Below, one piece after another: positions 48,670 through 58,416 of a DNA stretch of 64,000 bases. Below the pieces are notes generated by a model. That model did no database searches. It saw nothing but the letters and a program-made list of their open reading frames with translations, and was not told the DNA's origin. Made by a program: the position numbers and the translations under genes. The stretch is from Blastocatellia bacterium (lineage in GTDB: Bacteria > Acidobacteriota > Blastocatellia > UBA7656). The stretch is from contig CAVXWP010000009.1 in NCBI GenBank assembly GCA_963765495.1, forward strand, positions 576,001 to 640,000. The letters run 5' to 3'. Within the stretch, counting starts at the first letter, position 1. Each line of letters starts with the position of its first letter.

Positions 48670-50037
48670 TTACATAAACTCAGAGAGGTTGTACTTTCTG
48701 ATCTTGCTGTAAAGGCGGGGCCGGTAGATACCCAGAGCAGTCGCCGCCGCCTGTTTATTGCCTTTTGTTCGCTGGAGCGTCTGATAGATCACTTCGCGTT
48801 CGATATCTTCCAGCTTCATATTTGGCGGCACGAGGAATTCCTTGCTCGGAGAGGCAGGCGCTTCTGTGGCGGTAAACGGCAGATCGGTTGCCTCTATCCG
48901 GTCGCTCTTTGACAGCAGGACTGCTCGCTCGATGGCCGATTCCAGTTCGCGCACGTTCCCCGGCCAGTGATAATTGTACATCACGTTTGTGGCCGATTGC
49001 GAAAATCCCTTGAGCGGCTTTGTATACTTGTCGGCAAACAATCTCAGGAAGTGATCGGCGAGCAGTTGAATGTCATCCGTGCGATCTCTGAGCGGCGGCA
49101 CCTCGATGGTAATCGTAGAGATTCTATAATAAAGGTCTTCGCGCAAAGAGCCGTCCCGAACCGCCTCGGGCGGGTTGCGATTCGTGGCGCAAATCAGGCG
49201 GAAATCGACTTCAATAGGCCGTTCACTGCCCAGCCTGTAATACTTGCGCTCCTGCAAAGCCCTGAGCAGTTTCGGTTGCAGTTCAAGCGGCATCTCGGCT
49301 ATCTCGTCAAGTAAGAGCGAGCCGCCGTTTGCCCTCGCGATCAGACCTTCCTTGTCCCGGGCCGCGCCGGTAAAGGCTCCCTTCGTGTGCCCGAACAATT
49401 CGGATTCGATCAACTCTTTGGGCAGGGCCGCGCAGTTGACCTTTACAAACGGGCCTTTCTCGCGGTGCGAGTTGTAGTGAATCGCGTTGCCGATCAACTC
49501 TTTACCCGTGCCCGACTCTCCGACGATCAATATGTTGGCATCGCTTTTGGCTACGGCCTCGATCATCTCAAAGATGTTCTGCATGGGTTTGGAACGGCCC
49601 ACTATGTCACCATAAGTCGTGCGTTGTCTGAGAGTGCGCCTCAACTCTTCGCCCTGCTCGATCAGCGACTTGCGCTCAAGCGCCCGCTCGATTAGCAATT
49701 GCAGTTCATCGAATTCAAAAGGCTTTTCAACAAAGTGAAAAGCCCCGGCCTTTGTGGCTTCGACCGCATTTGAAACCGACCCGTAGCCGCTTATGATTAT
49801 CACCTCGATTGAGGGACGATTCTCTTTCAACTTCTTCAGCACGGCAGTGCCGGCCATGTCGGGAAGTTGAAGGTCGCAAAGAACCAGATCGTAATCCTGA
49901 TTTTCAAACAGGGCCAGACCCTCTTCGCCGGTCTTGGCCGTTGAAACGGAAAAACCCGTTTGCTCAAGGTTGAGTCTCAGGGCGTCGAGTATATGCTCTT
50001 CATCATCGATAACTAGAATATTGAATCTTGCCTTCAC
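48670..50037 (-). CDS. Sigma54-dependent response regulator (NtrC/AtoC family)
   Basis: Receiver; GESGTGKE, ESELFGH, GAFTGA, LLLDE, WPGNVREL; Fis HTH. Confidence 0.95.
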   Translation of the reverse strand: MKARFNILVIDDEEHILDALRLNLEQTGFSVSTAKTGEEGLALFENQDYDLVLCDLQLPDMAGTAVLKKLKENRPSIEVIIISGYGSVSNAVEATKAGAFHFVEKPFEFDELQLLIERALERKSLIEQGEELRRTLRQRTTYGDIVGRSKPMQNIFEMIEAVAKSDANILIVGESGTGKELIGNAIHYNSHREKGPFVKVNCAALPKELIESELFGHTKGAFTGAARDKEGLIARANGGSLLLDEIAEMPLELQPKLLRALQERKYYRLGSERPIEVDFRLICATNRNPPEAVRDGSLREDLYYRISTITIEVPPLRDRTDDIQLLADHFLRLFADKYTKPLKGFSQSATNVMYNYHWPGNVRELESAIERAVLLSKSDRIEATDLPFTATEAPASPSKEFLVPPNMKLEDIEREVIYQTLQRTKGNKQAAATALGIYRPRLYSKIRKYNLSEFM

Positions 50038-50600
50038 TGCGCTTCTCCTCTGCGAATTTTAGCCAGGTGCTCTATGAGCACATCAATACCTTTCAACATC
50101 TTTTCAACCGTCCTTAGCTCGTCCCCTTCGGTCAATTTTCTCTTCAGGAATGTAGCGTAGAGTTTTAGCCCGCCCAGATGGTTCTTTACATCGTGCCACT
50201 GTTCACGAGTAACCAGCGAATCGCCCTCGCCGACGGCGCAGACCATTCCGCCCACACCGCCGGGAAATAACTGAATGGCGTACTCTTGAATCTCGCTGTC
50301 GCTTTGCAAACTCTCAAGTCTTACAACCATCGCCCTTTTGCAGTCTCTCGATTCGTCGAGACAGAGTTCGGCGCTATGAGTTGGAAGCCTTCGAGCCTCG
50401 CTCATCTGTTCGGATAACCATTTGGTCAGCTTCGACTCGGAGCCGAACAGCTCCGCAAAATGCATCTGCTTGTGTCCCGCGCCCACAAGCCCGTTGTATG
50501 CCGCGCCCGAGGATGTGGCCTTGATTCTGCCGCCTGCATCACATATCAAGAGCGTGGTCGCGTCATCCGGCGGAGTCCAGCCCTGTTCTGCTTTACTCAT
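50034..50600 (-). CDS. PAS-like + HisKA(DHp)-only protein lacking a HATPase domain
   Basis: C-terminal QWHDVKNHLGGLKLYATFLKRKL resembles an H-box helix; the ORF ends there and overlaps the NtrC start (GTGA). Confidence 0.55.
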   Translation of the reverse strand: MSKAEQGWTPPDDATTLLICDAGGRIKATSSGAAYNGLVGAGHKQMHFAELFGSESKLTKWLSEQMSEARRLPTHSAELCLDESRDCKRAMVVRLESLQSDSEIQEYAIQLFPGGVGGMVCAVGEGDSLVTREQWHDVKNHLGGLKLYATFLKRKLTEGDELRTVEKMLKGIDVLIEHLAKIRRGEAQ

Positions 50601-50671
50601 AACTCTGCTTCCAATCGTGCTTCGATCAGCCCGGGGCTGAATAGTCGGATTCTCTAATATCCAAAGGTTAA

Positions 50672-50699
50672 GGCGGAAGGAACCGAGATTCCTTCCGCC
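50672..50699 (-). terminator. Hairpin terminator after the 538-aa gene
   Basis: GGCGGAAGGAA-CCGAGA-TTCCTTCCGCC. Confidence 0.6.
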
Positions 50700-50715
50700 G
50701 GTTCTCAGTCGTCTC

Positions 50716-52332
50716 TTAGCGTTTGTACTCGCTATCGAGAAAGTCCAGATTGCTGTTGACGATTGTGATCTGAGTCAGCTCATTTCGCAACTGATCCCAA
50801 TCATTCCACACTGTGGAAGAGACAGTCTGTCTGTTGATTCGCTTGAATGCGCGATGGACAAACCGGGCCTGCCTCATCACGGCGTCCGCGGCACCCTTTA
50901 TCGCATCCTGATCGTTGACTCGCCCGACCATACGGTCATAAAGCGAGGTCGCCGATTGCAGTGCGTCAAGCTGGAACAGCAATTCGACTTCATTCTCTCT
51001 GAAATTGCGGCGGTTATCGAAAACTACCTGCCCGCGATTTCCTCGTATGTTCAGGTCTCGTTGATAGTCCTGCAAGATGCGATTTGAGAGAAAGGCTATC
51101 TGCCGCGCATTGCCGATACCATTTGAGTCGTTGTTTCCGCCGACATTGCCGGTGTCAATATCAACCGGAAGGTCCTGATTAATGCCGTGAAACACAACGC
51201 GAGTAACGCTGGCCGGAACGTTGTTGAATCTTTCGTCAATCGGATGATGTTCGATGACCTGCGCGCCCGGTCTTTGCGGAGCCACACCCCTCAAAAAGAC
51301 GTGCAGGGTATCGTTTCTCACGAAATGATCCGTAAATACAGTCCATCCCGATGATCGCGTTTCGGCGTCTACGACTACGCGAATCGTGTCGTTGTCAACG
51401 CGACGCGCGCGCGGGTTATTGATCTGCACAAGGCTGCCAACGTACCCGGTTTCGTTGATGATACCGAGCGCACGGGCGGTCCTGATGTCAAGGTCGCCGC
51501 TCACGGGTATGCTCTGCGCCTGCTGGTAACGACGAAGCGATATGCGCGTGTTGTAATCCATCTGGCCGTTTATCGGGCCGTCGTAATACCCGCTGGTTCT
51601 AAGCACGGTCTGAGCCGAGCGTATCGCATCGGCGGAATTCAAGTCCCTCTGCGGATAGCCGGGATAATTTCCCGCGTTACCTTCCGTTTCGACCGTGAAG
51701 GCTCGCTCGACCCTCATACCGAATTCGGTTCCGGGCTGTACCTCTGCCTTATCGCCTTTTGTCAAAAGCACGCCGAGCGTACCCAGAACAGCACCGAGAC
51801 CGGCCCCTACGGCCGCGCCTTTTCCGCCACCGGCAATCGCGCCAATAAGCGCGCCCGCGCCCGCGCCGCCGCCTATAAAGACCACTGCGCGCTTGGTGCG
51901 GTCGCCGCCTCCCACGTTATCTTCATCGCCTATATCTTCCAGCCTGCGGCGAGACTCTTCGTTGAGTGAGGTCAACGACCCGTCAACCGGCACTGTGCGA
52001 CCATCGCGTATAATAAGTCGGTCGAACCCAATGGCTATGGTTCCGGCGCGGCTGACACGCTCGGATTCGTTGACGCCCGTCACGTGCCCTTCTACCTTTG
52101 AGTTGTCTGGTATGACCACATATCCATTTACCAGCACATCTTGAAACACGGTGGCCGTGAAGCGGTCGCCTACTCTGGAATTACTGGAACTCAGATACGT
52201 ATCCATTTTGAGAGGAACTATTGTCCCAACCGGAACAGTCACCGCCTGATAGGCCCAGGCCGGTGCCGCCATTACAAAAATCATCGCCAGCGTTAGCAAG
52301 ATGCCCGCTGATCTTTTGACAGAATTATTCAT
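50716..52332 (-). CDS. Secreted protein: TrbI/VirB10-like beta domain, glycine zipper, peptidoglycan-binding domain
   Basis: Signal peptide; VPVGT...LSS...GDRF; GGGAGAGALIGAIAGGGKGAAVG; AQTVL...GYYDGPINGQM...T...YQ....IPVSG.LD (PG_binding_1-like). Confidence 0.7.
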   Translation of the reverse strand: MNNSVKRSAGILLTLAMIFVMAAPAWAYQAVTVPVGTIVPLKMDTYLSSSNSRVGDRFTATVFQDVLVNGYVVIPDNSKVEGHVTGVNESERVSRAGTIAIGFDRLIIRDGRTVPVDGSLTSLNEESRRRLEDIGDEDNVGGGDRTKRAVVFIGGGAGAGALIGAIAGGGKGAAVGAGLGAVLGTLGVLLTKGDKAEVQPGTEFGMRVERAFTVETEGNAGNYPGYPQRDLNSADAIRSAQTVLRTSGYYDGPINGQMDYNTRISLRRYQQAQSIPVSGDLDIRTARALGIINETGYVGSLVQINNPRARRVDNDTIRVVVDAETRSSGWTVFTDHFVRNDTLHVFLRGVAPQRPGAQVIEHHPIDERFNNVPASVTRVVFHGINQDLPVDIDTGNVGGNNDSNGIGNARQIAFLSNRILQDYQRDLNIRGNRGQVVFDNRRNFRENEVELLFQLDALQSATSLYDRMVGRVNDQDAIKGAADAVMRQARFVHRAFKRINRQTVSSTVWNDWDQLRNELTQITIVNSNLDFLDSEYKR

Positions 52333-52442
52333 CGCTTTTACCCTCCTTCGAGTAAGTTGTTATCATTATTATTGCCTGTTCTCGATTGTGCATAACTTAG
52401 ACAGACCTCGCTGGTACAATCAGATTCTCTCAATAGTTAAGG

Positions 52443-52458
52443 GGCAACTACTGTGCCA
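52443..52458 (-). promoter_or_regulatory. Putative sigma54 -24/-12 promoter
   Basis: Minus strand TGGCAC-AGTAG-TTGCC about 110 nt upstream of 52332. Confidence 0.6.
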
Positions 52459-52673
52459 GTCTTAAGGCTCCAATATATGGGGGAACCGGAGCTATGTCAG
52501 TTCAGATCGCGGTCGAAAACGGGACGCTGCTGCAAGCGCCTGCGACTCATTTGCGAACACAAATTTAGGATTCAAGGATTTGAGATTGCTCCGGCAGGCG
52601 GTTGAGCGCAGGAAAAGTAATATTTGGATTCTGATTGATAGCTGTTAAAATGCACCTTGTAGGTATAGAAAGA

Positions 52674-53066
52674 ATGGCAGAGCAAGAAATGGTAAATGAC
52701 TCCAGACGAGTGCTTTTGGTAGAAGATTTCGAAGACAGCAGGTTTTCGCTTTCGAAATTGCTTGAGATCGAAGGTTACGAAGTGTTGGAGGCCAGTGACG
52801 GCGAACAGGCGATAAAGATAGCCATAAACGATAGACCCGACCTGATACTGATGGATTTGTCATTGCCGATAGTTGACGGGCTCAACGCGACCAAACAGAT
52901 TCGCGAGCACATGGGCAGCGTGCCCATCATAGCTCTGACGGCTCACGACCTGACCGATTACCAGAACAAAGCCCGGGATGCGGGCTGCACAGACTACATT
53001 ACGAAACCGATTGACTTTGACAAACTTATAGACATTCTGTCGAAATATCTGCCCGCCTCATCCTGA
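52674..53066 (+). CDS. Single-domain response regulator (DivK/CheY-like)
   Basis: VLLVED, LILMDLSLP, ALTAH, ITKP; start uncertain. Confidence 0.88.
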   Translation: MAEQEMVNDSRRVLLVEDFEDSRFSLSKLLEIEGYEVLEASDGEQAIKIAINDRPDLILMDLSLPIVDGLNATKQIREHMGSVPIIALTAHDLTDYQNKARDAGCTDYITKPIDFDKLIDILSKYLPASS

Positions 53067-53219
53067 CGAGGTTCTCTCTTATCATCTGATCTGAGAAGCC
53101 ACCTCGGCCAACAAACCCTCTTCTTCAAATCATCTCAGAGTATGGGTAACCGCTCTGTCGGTTGTGAATTAAACCTGCAAGACAGTAAAATACTAATGTT
53201 CAGTAACAGGAGATCACGG

Positions 53220-54107
53220 ATGTATAAAAGTATAAGCACTCTGATTCTTGCGCTGGCCCTATCGAGTCAGGCAGCGCTGGCCTTCCAGAATAATTCGACA
53301 CAGACAGCAAGACAGCTTCCGATTGACCAGGTCATTCAGAGGTTTGCCGCTGCCGAAAGTGAAAACAAGGTTGCGCGCAACAACTACACCTTCACGCAGG
53401 ATTTTGATGTGATGACGATGGGCGAAGCCGGCTCAATCACCGGGCGTTTCCACCGCATCTCAGACATTGTTTATGATGATCGTGGAAATCGGGTCGAGAG
53501 GATAACCTACTTCCCGCCTTCGACGCTACAGGCCGTCACCCTGACCCCGGAAGACATGCAGGATCTGGCCGGGATACAACCATTCGCGCTGACGACCGAA
53601 GACCTGTCGAAATATCAAGTGGATTACGTCGGAAAAGAGAAGCTTGACGAGTTGAGCACATACGTTTTCGACGTAAAGCCGAAACGTTTTGAAAAAGGCG
53701 AGCGATATCTTGAGGGGCGCGTTTGGGTCGACGACCAGGACCTGCAGATTGTGAAAGTGGCGGGCAAAGGCGTTCCCGAAACCGATAAAAGCAAGTACCC
53801 GCGATTTGAAACTTATCGCGAAAACATCGACGGCAAATACTGGTTTCCTACCTATACATATGCCGACGATGTGCTCGAGTTCAAGAATAATCCCGTTCGC
53901 CTGAAGATGGTCGTGCGTTATACGAAGTACAAGAAATTCACCACCGGCATCCGCCTCGCCGATGAAGGCGAAGCCGCAAGCGAAGAAGAAGTAAAATCGG
54001 GTGACAAGGAGATGAATAACAATAAGCCCGACATGACCAAAGAGAAGCAGGATGAACCGGATAATCCGGTCCTGAAAAAACCCAAACGCAAACCGAACGA
54101 CAAATAA
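53220..54107 (+). CDS. Secreted beta-rich protein, paralog A (LolA/MucB-like fold suspected)
   Basis: RBS AGGAG, signal peptide; Y..GKEKLDELSTYVFDV, GRVWVDDQDLQIVK, PRFETY, YWFP. Confidence 0.75.
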   Translation: MYKSISTLILALALSSQAALAFQNNSTQTARQLPIDQVIQRFAAAESENKVARNNYTFTQDFDVMTMGEAGSITGRFHRISDIVYDDRGNRVERITYFPPSTLQAVTLTPEDMQDLAGIQPFALTTEDLSKYQVDYVGKEKLDELSTYVFDVKPKRFEKGERYLEGRVWVDDQDLQIVKVAGKGVPETDKSKYPRFETYRENIDGKYWFPTYTYADDVLEFKNNPVRLKMVVRYTKYKKFTTGIRLADEGEAASEEEVKSGDKEMNNNKPDMTKEKQDEPDNPVLKKPKRKPNDK

Positions 54108-54233
54108 GGGATGAGGGATGAGGGATGAGGGATGAAAAGGACTGTCGGGGAACGCCCCGATATTTAGTTATCCCATTTCATCGAAATATTTCCCTGGACT
54201 CCTTTTCATCCCTCATCCTTCATCCTTCATCCT
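54107..54233. repeat. AGGGATG heptamer inverted tandem repeat
   Basis: (AGGGATG)x4 AAAAGGACT ... CCTTTTCATCCCTCATCCTTCATCCTTCATCC. Confidence 0.8.
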
Positions 54234-54275
54234 TTCTTTTTCTTACCCTCTGGCTTGCGCCGGTTTAACTTTGAT

Positions 54276-54302
54276 TGCTTTAAGTAATTTTCATGGTATA
54301 GT
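54276..54302 (+). promoter_or_regulatory. Putative sigma70 promoter
   Basis: TTGCTT...TGG-TATAGT extended -10. Confidence 0.45.
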
Positions 54303-54459
54303 GTCTGCGTTCGCAAACAGCGGTTTCCTTATCTTGCGGTCCCAGGTTTTCGCAGTCGCATAAGGAAATGAGGCAGGCTCCATCAGGAGCCGGTTGAAAC
54401 TCTTTCATTATTAAGAGCCGAACTGAAGCATCCACTGATGCTTCCAGTAAGAGTCAGCC

Positions 54460-55221
54460 ATGAAAATAAGCTACTTCTCTTTTTGCGGTATAGCTGCCGC
54501 TTTGCTTATGTCGGCATTTGTCTGCCCCGGAATCGGCATCCCTCCAAATAGGCAATCGAGCGTGTCCCCGGGTGAGGCGATCAGACGAGCGGCTGCAAAC
54601 GAAGAAAGGATGAGGGCTGCTGAACCAAATTTTTTCTATCGTCAAAAGATAGTCGTACAGGTCCCCGGAGAAGGCGGAAGCGTCAGAAGCCAGCTTCATC
54701 GCGTTTCTGAGATGGGCTATGACGATATGGGGAATCGCGTGGAGAAGATTATAGAGTTCCCGCCCTCGCGATTGATGACTACTCTTGGCGTCATGAAACC
54801 CGATTTCAAGAGCCTTTTAGGCATTGATCCATTCTTTCTTACGACCGATGCGCTCTCGCGTTACTCGATCAAATTCGTCGAGCGGCAAAAGATTGACGAG
54901 CTTAACACCTACGCCTTCGATCTGGAAGGCAAGCGGGGATCTGCGAAAGATATTGAAAAGGACGGCTGGCCCTTCAAAGGGCGCGTATGGGTTGAGGACC
55001 AGGATTTCGTGATAGTAAAGGTTGAGGGACGCGCCCTGACTACAAAAGATGATCGCCAGCGATTCCCGAAGTTCGAGTATTACAGAGAGAATGTTGAGAG
55101 TAATTTGTGGCTGCCGAGCTTCGCCTTCGGAGAAGACGTGCTCGATCTTCCACATTATGATTTGCCGGTTACGGTCAAGATCAACTATACAGAATATAAA
55201 CGGATTCAACCGAGGAAATAG
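54460..55221 (+). CDS. Secreted protein, paralog B
   Basis: QKIDELNTYAFDL, GRVWVEDQDFVIVK, PKFEYY, WLP. Confidence 0.75.
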   Translation: MKISYFSFCGIAAALLMSAFVCPGIGIPPNRQSSVSPGEAIRRAAANEERMRAAEPNFFYRQKIVVQVPGEGGSVRSQLHRVSEMGYDDMGNRVEKIIEFPPSRLMTTLGVMKPDFKSLLGIDPFFLTTDALSRYSIKFVERQKIDELNTYAFDLEGKRGSAKDIEKDGWPFKGRVWVEDQDFVIVKVEGRALTTKDDRQRFPKFEYYRENVESNLWLPSFAFGEDVLDLPHYDLPVTVKINYTEYKRIQPRK

Positions 55222-55225
55222 GAAA

Positions 55226-55996
55226 GTGAAATATATCGGTCGAGGACAGTCGAAATGTTTCGGGCTTACCATTGCGCGGTCATTGGCGATAGCCATTCTA
55301 GTCGCGCTCATCCCGGCAGCAGTTCCTGCCACCTTGAATCAACAGAAGCCTTCTCCGGCTGAGATACTCACGGCCACGACCGCTAACGGCAAACTGTTGC
55401 TCGACGCGATCCACAATTACACATACTATGCCGAGCTTACGCTCGAGGTCGTAAACGATGCCGACGTCATAGCCGGAAAGCTTTATCGCTTCTCGAAAAT
55501 CTCTTATGACCGCGACGGCACCAGACAGGAACGAGTCTTTGAGGATAAATCAGCCCTGCCCAAAGATGTCTACATCGGCACGAATGCCGTCAACAACCTT
55601 GTGCGCGTATACAGTTTCATGATCACGCCCGAAACGATCAATCAGTATGAGTTCAATTATGTAGGTCAGGAGCGGATTGATGAGTTGAATACATATGTAT
55701 TCGACGTGATGCCTTCGGTGAAGCTGCCCGACCCGCAAAAGAGCCGTGACCGATATCTGAAGGGACGAGTGTGGATTGATGACCGGGATTTTCAGGTTGT
55801 AAAAATTGAGGGTGAGGCGCTGCCTGAACAGAGCGCCCATCGAACTCCAAAGTTCGAGACTTATTTCCAGAACTATGCGAAGTACTGGTTCCCGGCCTTT
55901 ACAAAGGCGGATGATATTATTCGCGTGGGCAATCGCAAGATGCGCGTAGTTGTCGAGCTTCGCTTTACGAGCTACAAGAATGCCGATGAGCATTAA
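55226..55996 (+). CDS. Secreted protein, paralog C
   Basis: GTG start inferred; ERIDELNTYVFDV, GRVWIDDRDFQVVK, PKFETY, YWFP. Confidence 0.7.
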   Translation: MKYIGRGQSKCFGLTIARSLAIAILVALIPAAVPATLNQQKPSPAEILTATTANGKLLLDAIHNYTYYAELTLEVVNDADVIAGKLYRFSKISYDRDGTRQERVFEDKSALPKDVYIGTNAVNNLVRVYSFMITPETINQYEFNYVGQERIDELNTYVFDVMPSVKLPDPQKSRDRYLKGRVWIDDRDFQVVKIEGEALPEQSAHRTPKFETYFQNYAKYWFPAFTKADDIIRVGNRKMRVVVELRFTSYKNADEH

Positions 55997-56098
55997 ATAA
56001 GAATCTGGTTGAATCTTTCAAATCCTGTCAATCCTGTCTAAAAATTTGGGTTTACCTGCTTGCGCAAAATATCGGTTTGACTACACCATGTCGGTTGA

Positions 56099-58300
56099 AT
56101 GTCTGACGCAAGAATCAAAGTCGAAAACCAATCCATTCCTGTCACAATTCTGCCCCGGACGGAGAAGGCTCTGATCGCAAGCTCTATCGCTGTCTTCGCC
56201 CTGTCGCTTGCGCTTTACGCGGTGACGCTTGCCCCGACGGTGACGCTCGTTGACAGCGGAGAATTGATCGTAGCGGCGCAAGGGCTTGGAGTCGCCCACC
56301 CGCCCGGCTTTCCTCTTTACGTATTGCTGGCTCACATTGCAACGCTTGTGCCCGTGGGCAACGTAGCGGAGCGGGTAAATTTCGCTTCGGCCCTCTTTGC
56401 CGCGCTCGCATCGGCGATGATCACTCTCGTCCTGGCCGAGATGCTGTTCACCCCTTCAAAAAACGAGAGAGGGGAGACCAGAGCAAAAAGACAGGCCGGG
56501 CGAAAAGGGAGAAGAAAACGATCCGTAAAATCGGCTTTCGAAGAAACGGTTTCGCCCCGGAACCCGCTACACGTCTTTGTACCGGCGCTTGTCGCGGGGC
56601 TCTTACTTGCTTTCTCGCGTACGCTCTGGTCATACGCCACGATAGCCGAAGTCTATACGCTCAACACCCTGCTCATCCTGATAATCTTCTTCCTCATGTT
56701 TCGCTGGCGGCGCAAAATAGTCGAAGCCGAAACCATACGAATAGTTGGTACCCGCCTCCCATCCGGCGGTGATACAGGCGACAATATCCAGGCGGAGACG
56801 CTTCCGGTCAAACCGCGCGCTTTCGAGAATCGCGACCGATTGCTTTACATCGCGGCGGCGGTCTTCGGGCTTGCTCTGGGGGTTCATCACGTCAGCGTAG
56901 CATTGATGCTGCCTGCTTTTGCGGCGCTCGTGCTCTTTACGGAGGGGCTCAAATTCTTCGCAAGCAAAAGGCTCCTCTACGCGGCATTGTTTGCCTTTGC
57001 GGGGCTTGCCATTTACGTGTACCTGCCGATTGCCGCGTCGCGTTCGCCCGTCATGAACTGGGGCAATCCCGAAACGCTGGAGCGATTGTGGTGGCACGTA
57101 ACCGGCAGGCAGTATCAGGTTTTCTTCTCTTTTTCAGCGTCGAGAATGGGTAATCAACTAGGAGAATTCTTCCGGCTCGTCGGTAGAGAGTTTGGCCCGT
57201 GGTGGCTGCCCCTGGGGCTTTTGCTTGCGGCGGCCGGAGTGGTCCGGCTGTTCAGGCGTGACCGCGTGATCTTCTGGTTTCTCGCTCTTGTCTTCGCAGC
57301 CGATCTTGCCTATGCCCTCAACTACGAAATAGCCGAAGACAAAGACGCTTATTACCTGCCTGCATTTCTTGCCCTGGCAATCGCTGCCGGGTACGGCGCT
57401 CTCTGGCTTATCAGGGCGGCAGGCTCCGCGAGACCTCCGGTAAACATCCTTGGCGGTCGGGGCGCAGTCGCGGTATTGCTCGTTCCTGCGGTGGCGTTTG
57501 CCACGAATCTGCCTTACAACAATCGAAGTCAATATTACATAGCTCACGATTACGTCGAAAACATTATGAGCACGATCGAGCCGCAGGGCATGTTGCTCAC
57601 GCTCGACTGGCAAGTACATTCGCCCATGCTTTATACGCGCGAGGTCGAAGATTTTCGCCCCGATGTTGTGACGATAGATGTAAACCTGCTCAGGCGCTCG
57701 TGGTACTTCGATTATCTTGAGCGCGCCTACCCCGAGGTGATGGCCGGATCGCGCGACAAGGTAGATGCATATCTTGAAGACCTCCTCAACTGGGAACAGA
57801 ACCCGGAAGCCTATATCAATCCTGCGCTCAATCAGAGGATCAACTCGCGGTTTTACGACATGATCACGACGTTTGTGAGCCGCCACATAGAGCACGCGCC
57901 GGTCTACATCACACAGGATATAGCGACTGCTTCGGGGCCTGACAGCGAGTTGACTACGGCTCTTTCAAACAAGTACCAACTCGTTCCGCAAGGGCTGGTA
58001 TTTCAGCTATTCGAAGATCGCCAGTTTCATCAACCGGCCTCGCCCGACCTGGCGACGCGCGGGCTCAACGACGGCACGATCAGGTTCGAGGGCGATGATG
58101 TTGTGAGGCAAAAAGTGCTGCCGGTTTATCTGAATATGTTGACGAACAGGGGGCGCTATCTGGCGGCTTTCAATCAGCATCAACAGGCCATAGAGGCGTG
58201 CAAACGGGCGCTCGAAATTGACCCTCATTATAGCTACGCCGAGCGGCAGATGGAGGCAAGCGCGAATGCCTTGCGCAACGCAGGAAGCAATAAGCCCTAA
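56099..58300 (+). CDS. DUF2723 / TMEM260-like GT-C membrane glycosyltransferase with C-terminal TPR
   Basis: TLAPTV...DSGELI......GVAHPPGFPLY; AEVYTL; many TM segments. Confidence 0.85.
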   Translation: MSDARIKVENQSIPVTILPRTEKALIASSIAVFALSLALYAVTLAPTVTLVDSGELIVAAQGLGVAHPPGFPLYVLLAHIATLVPVGNVAERVNFASALFAALASAMITLVLAEMLFTPSKNERGETRAKRQAGRKGRRKRSVKSAFEETVSPRNPLHVFVPALVAGLLLAFSRTLWSYATIAEVYTLNTLLILIIFFLMFRWRRKIVEAETIRIVGTRLPSGGDTGDNIQAETLPVKPRAFENRDRLLYIAAAVFGLALGVHHVSVALMLPAFAALVLFTEGLKFFASKRLLYAALFAFAGLAIYVYLPIAASRSPVMNWGNPETLERLWWHVTGRQYQVFFSFSASRMGNQLGEFFRLVGREFGPWWLPLGLLLAAAGVVRLFRRDRVIFWFLALVFAADLAYALNYEIAEDKDAYYLPAFLALAIAAGYGALWLIRAAGSARPPVNILGGRGAVAVLLVPAVAFATNLPYNNRSQYYIAHDYVENIMSTIEPQGMLLTLDWQVHSPMLYTREVEDFRPDVVTIDVNLLRRSWYFDYLERAYPEVMAGSRDKVDAYLEDLLNWEQNPEAYINPALNQRINSRFYDMITTFVSRHIEHAPVYITQDIATASGPDSELTTALSNKYQLVPQGLVFQLFEDRQFHQPASPDLATRGLNDGTIRFEGDDVVRQKVLPVYLNMLTNRGRYLAAFNQHQQAIEACKRALEIDPHYSYAERQMEASANALRNAGSNKP

Positions 58301-58416
58301 ATCACACCGAAGGAGATAGGCACAATGTCAGGTTCAGACCCGTTTAGTTTTGTGGCTTGCTCTGATTCGAAGGGGGCTGGTAGGCTCAAATATTAAATTA
58401 ATTCAGGTATAAGAGA

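Noticed and set aside
54360-54405. Hammerhead ribozyme-like ATGAG-stem-GAAAC
   Set aside because: The CUGAUGA core is not intact and stems I and III cannot be formed convincingly
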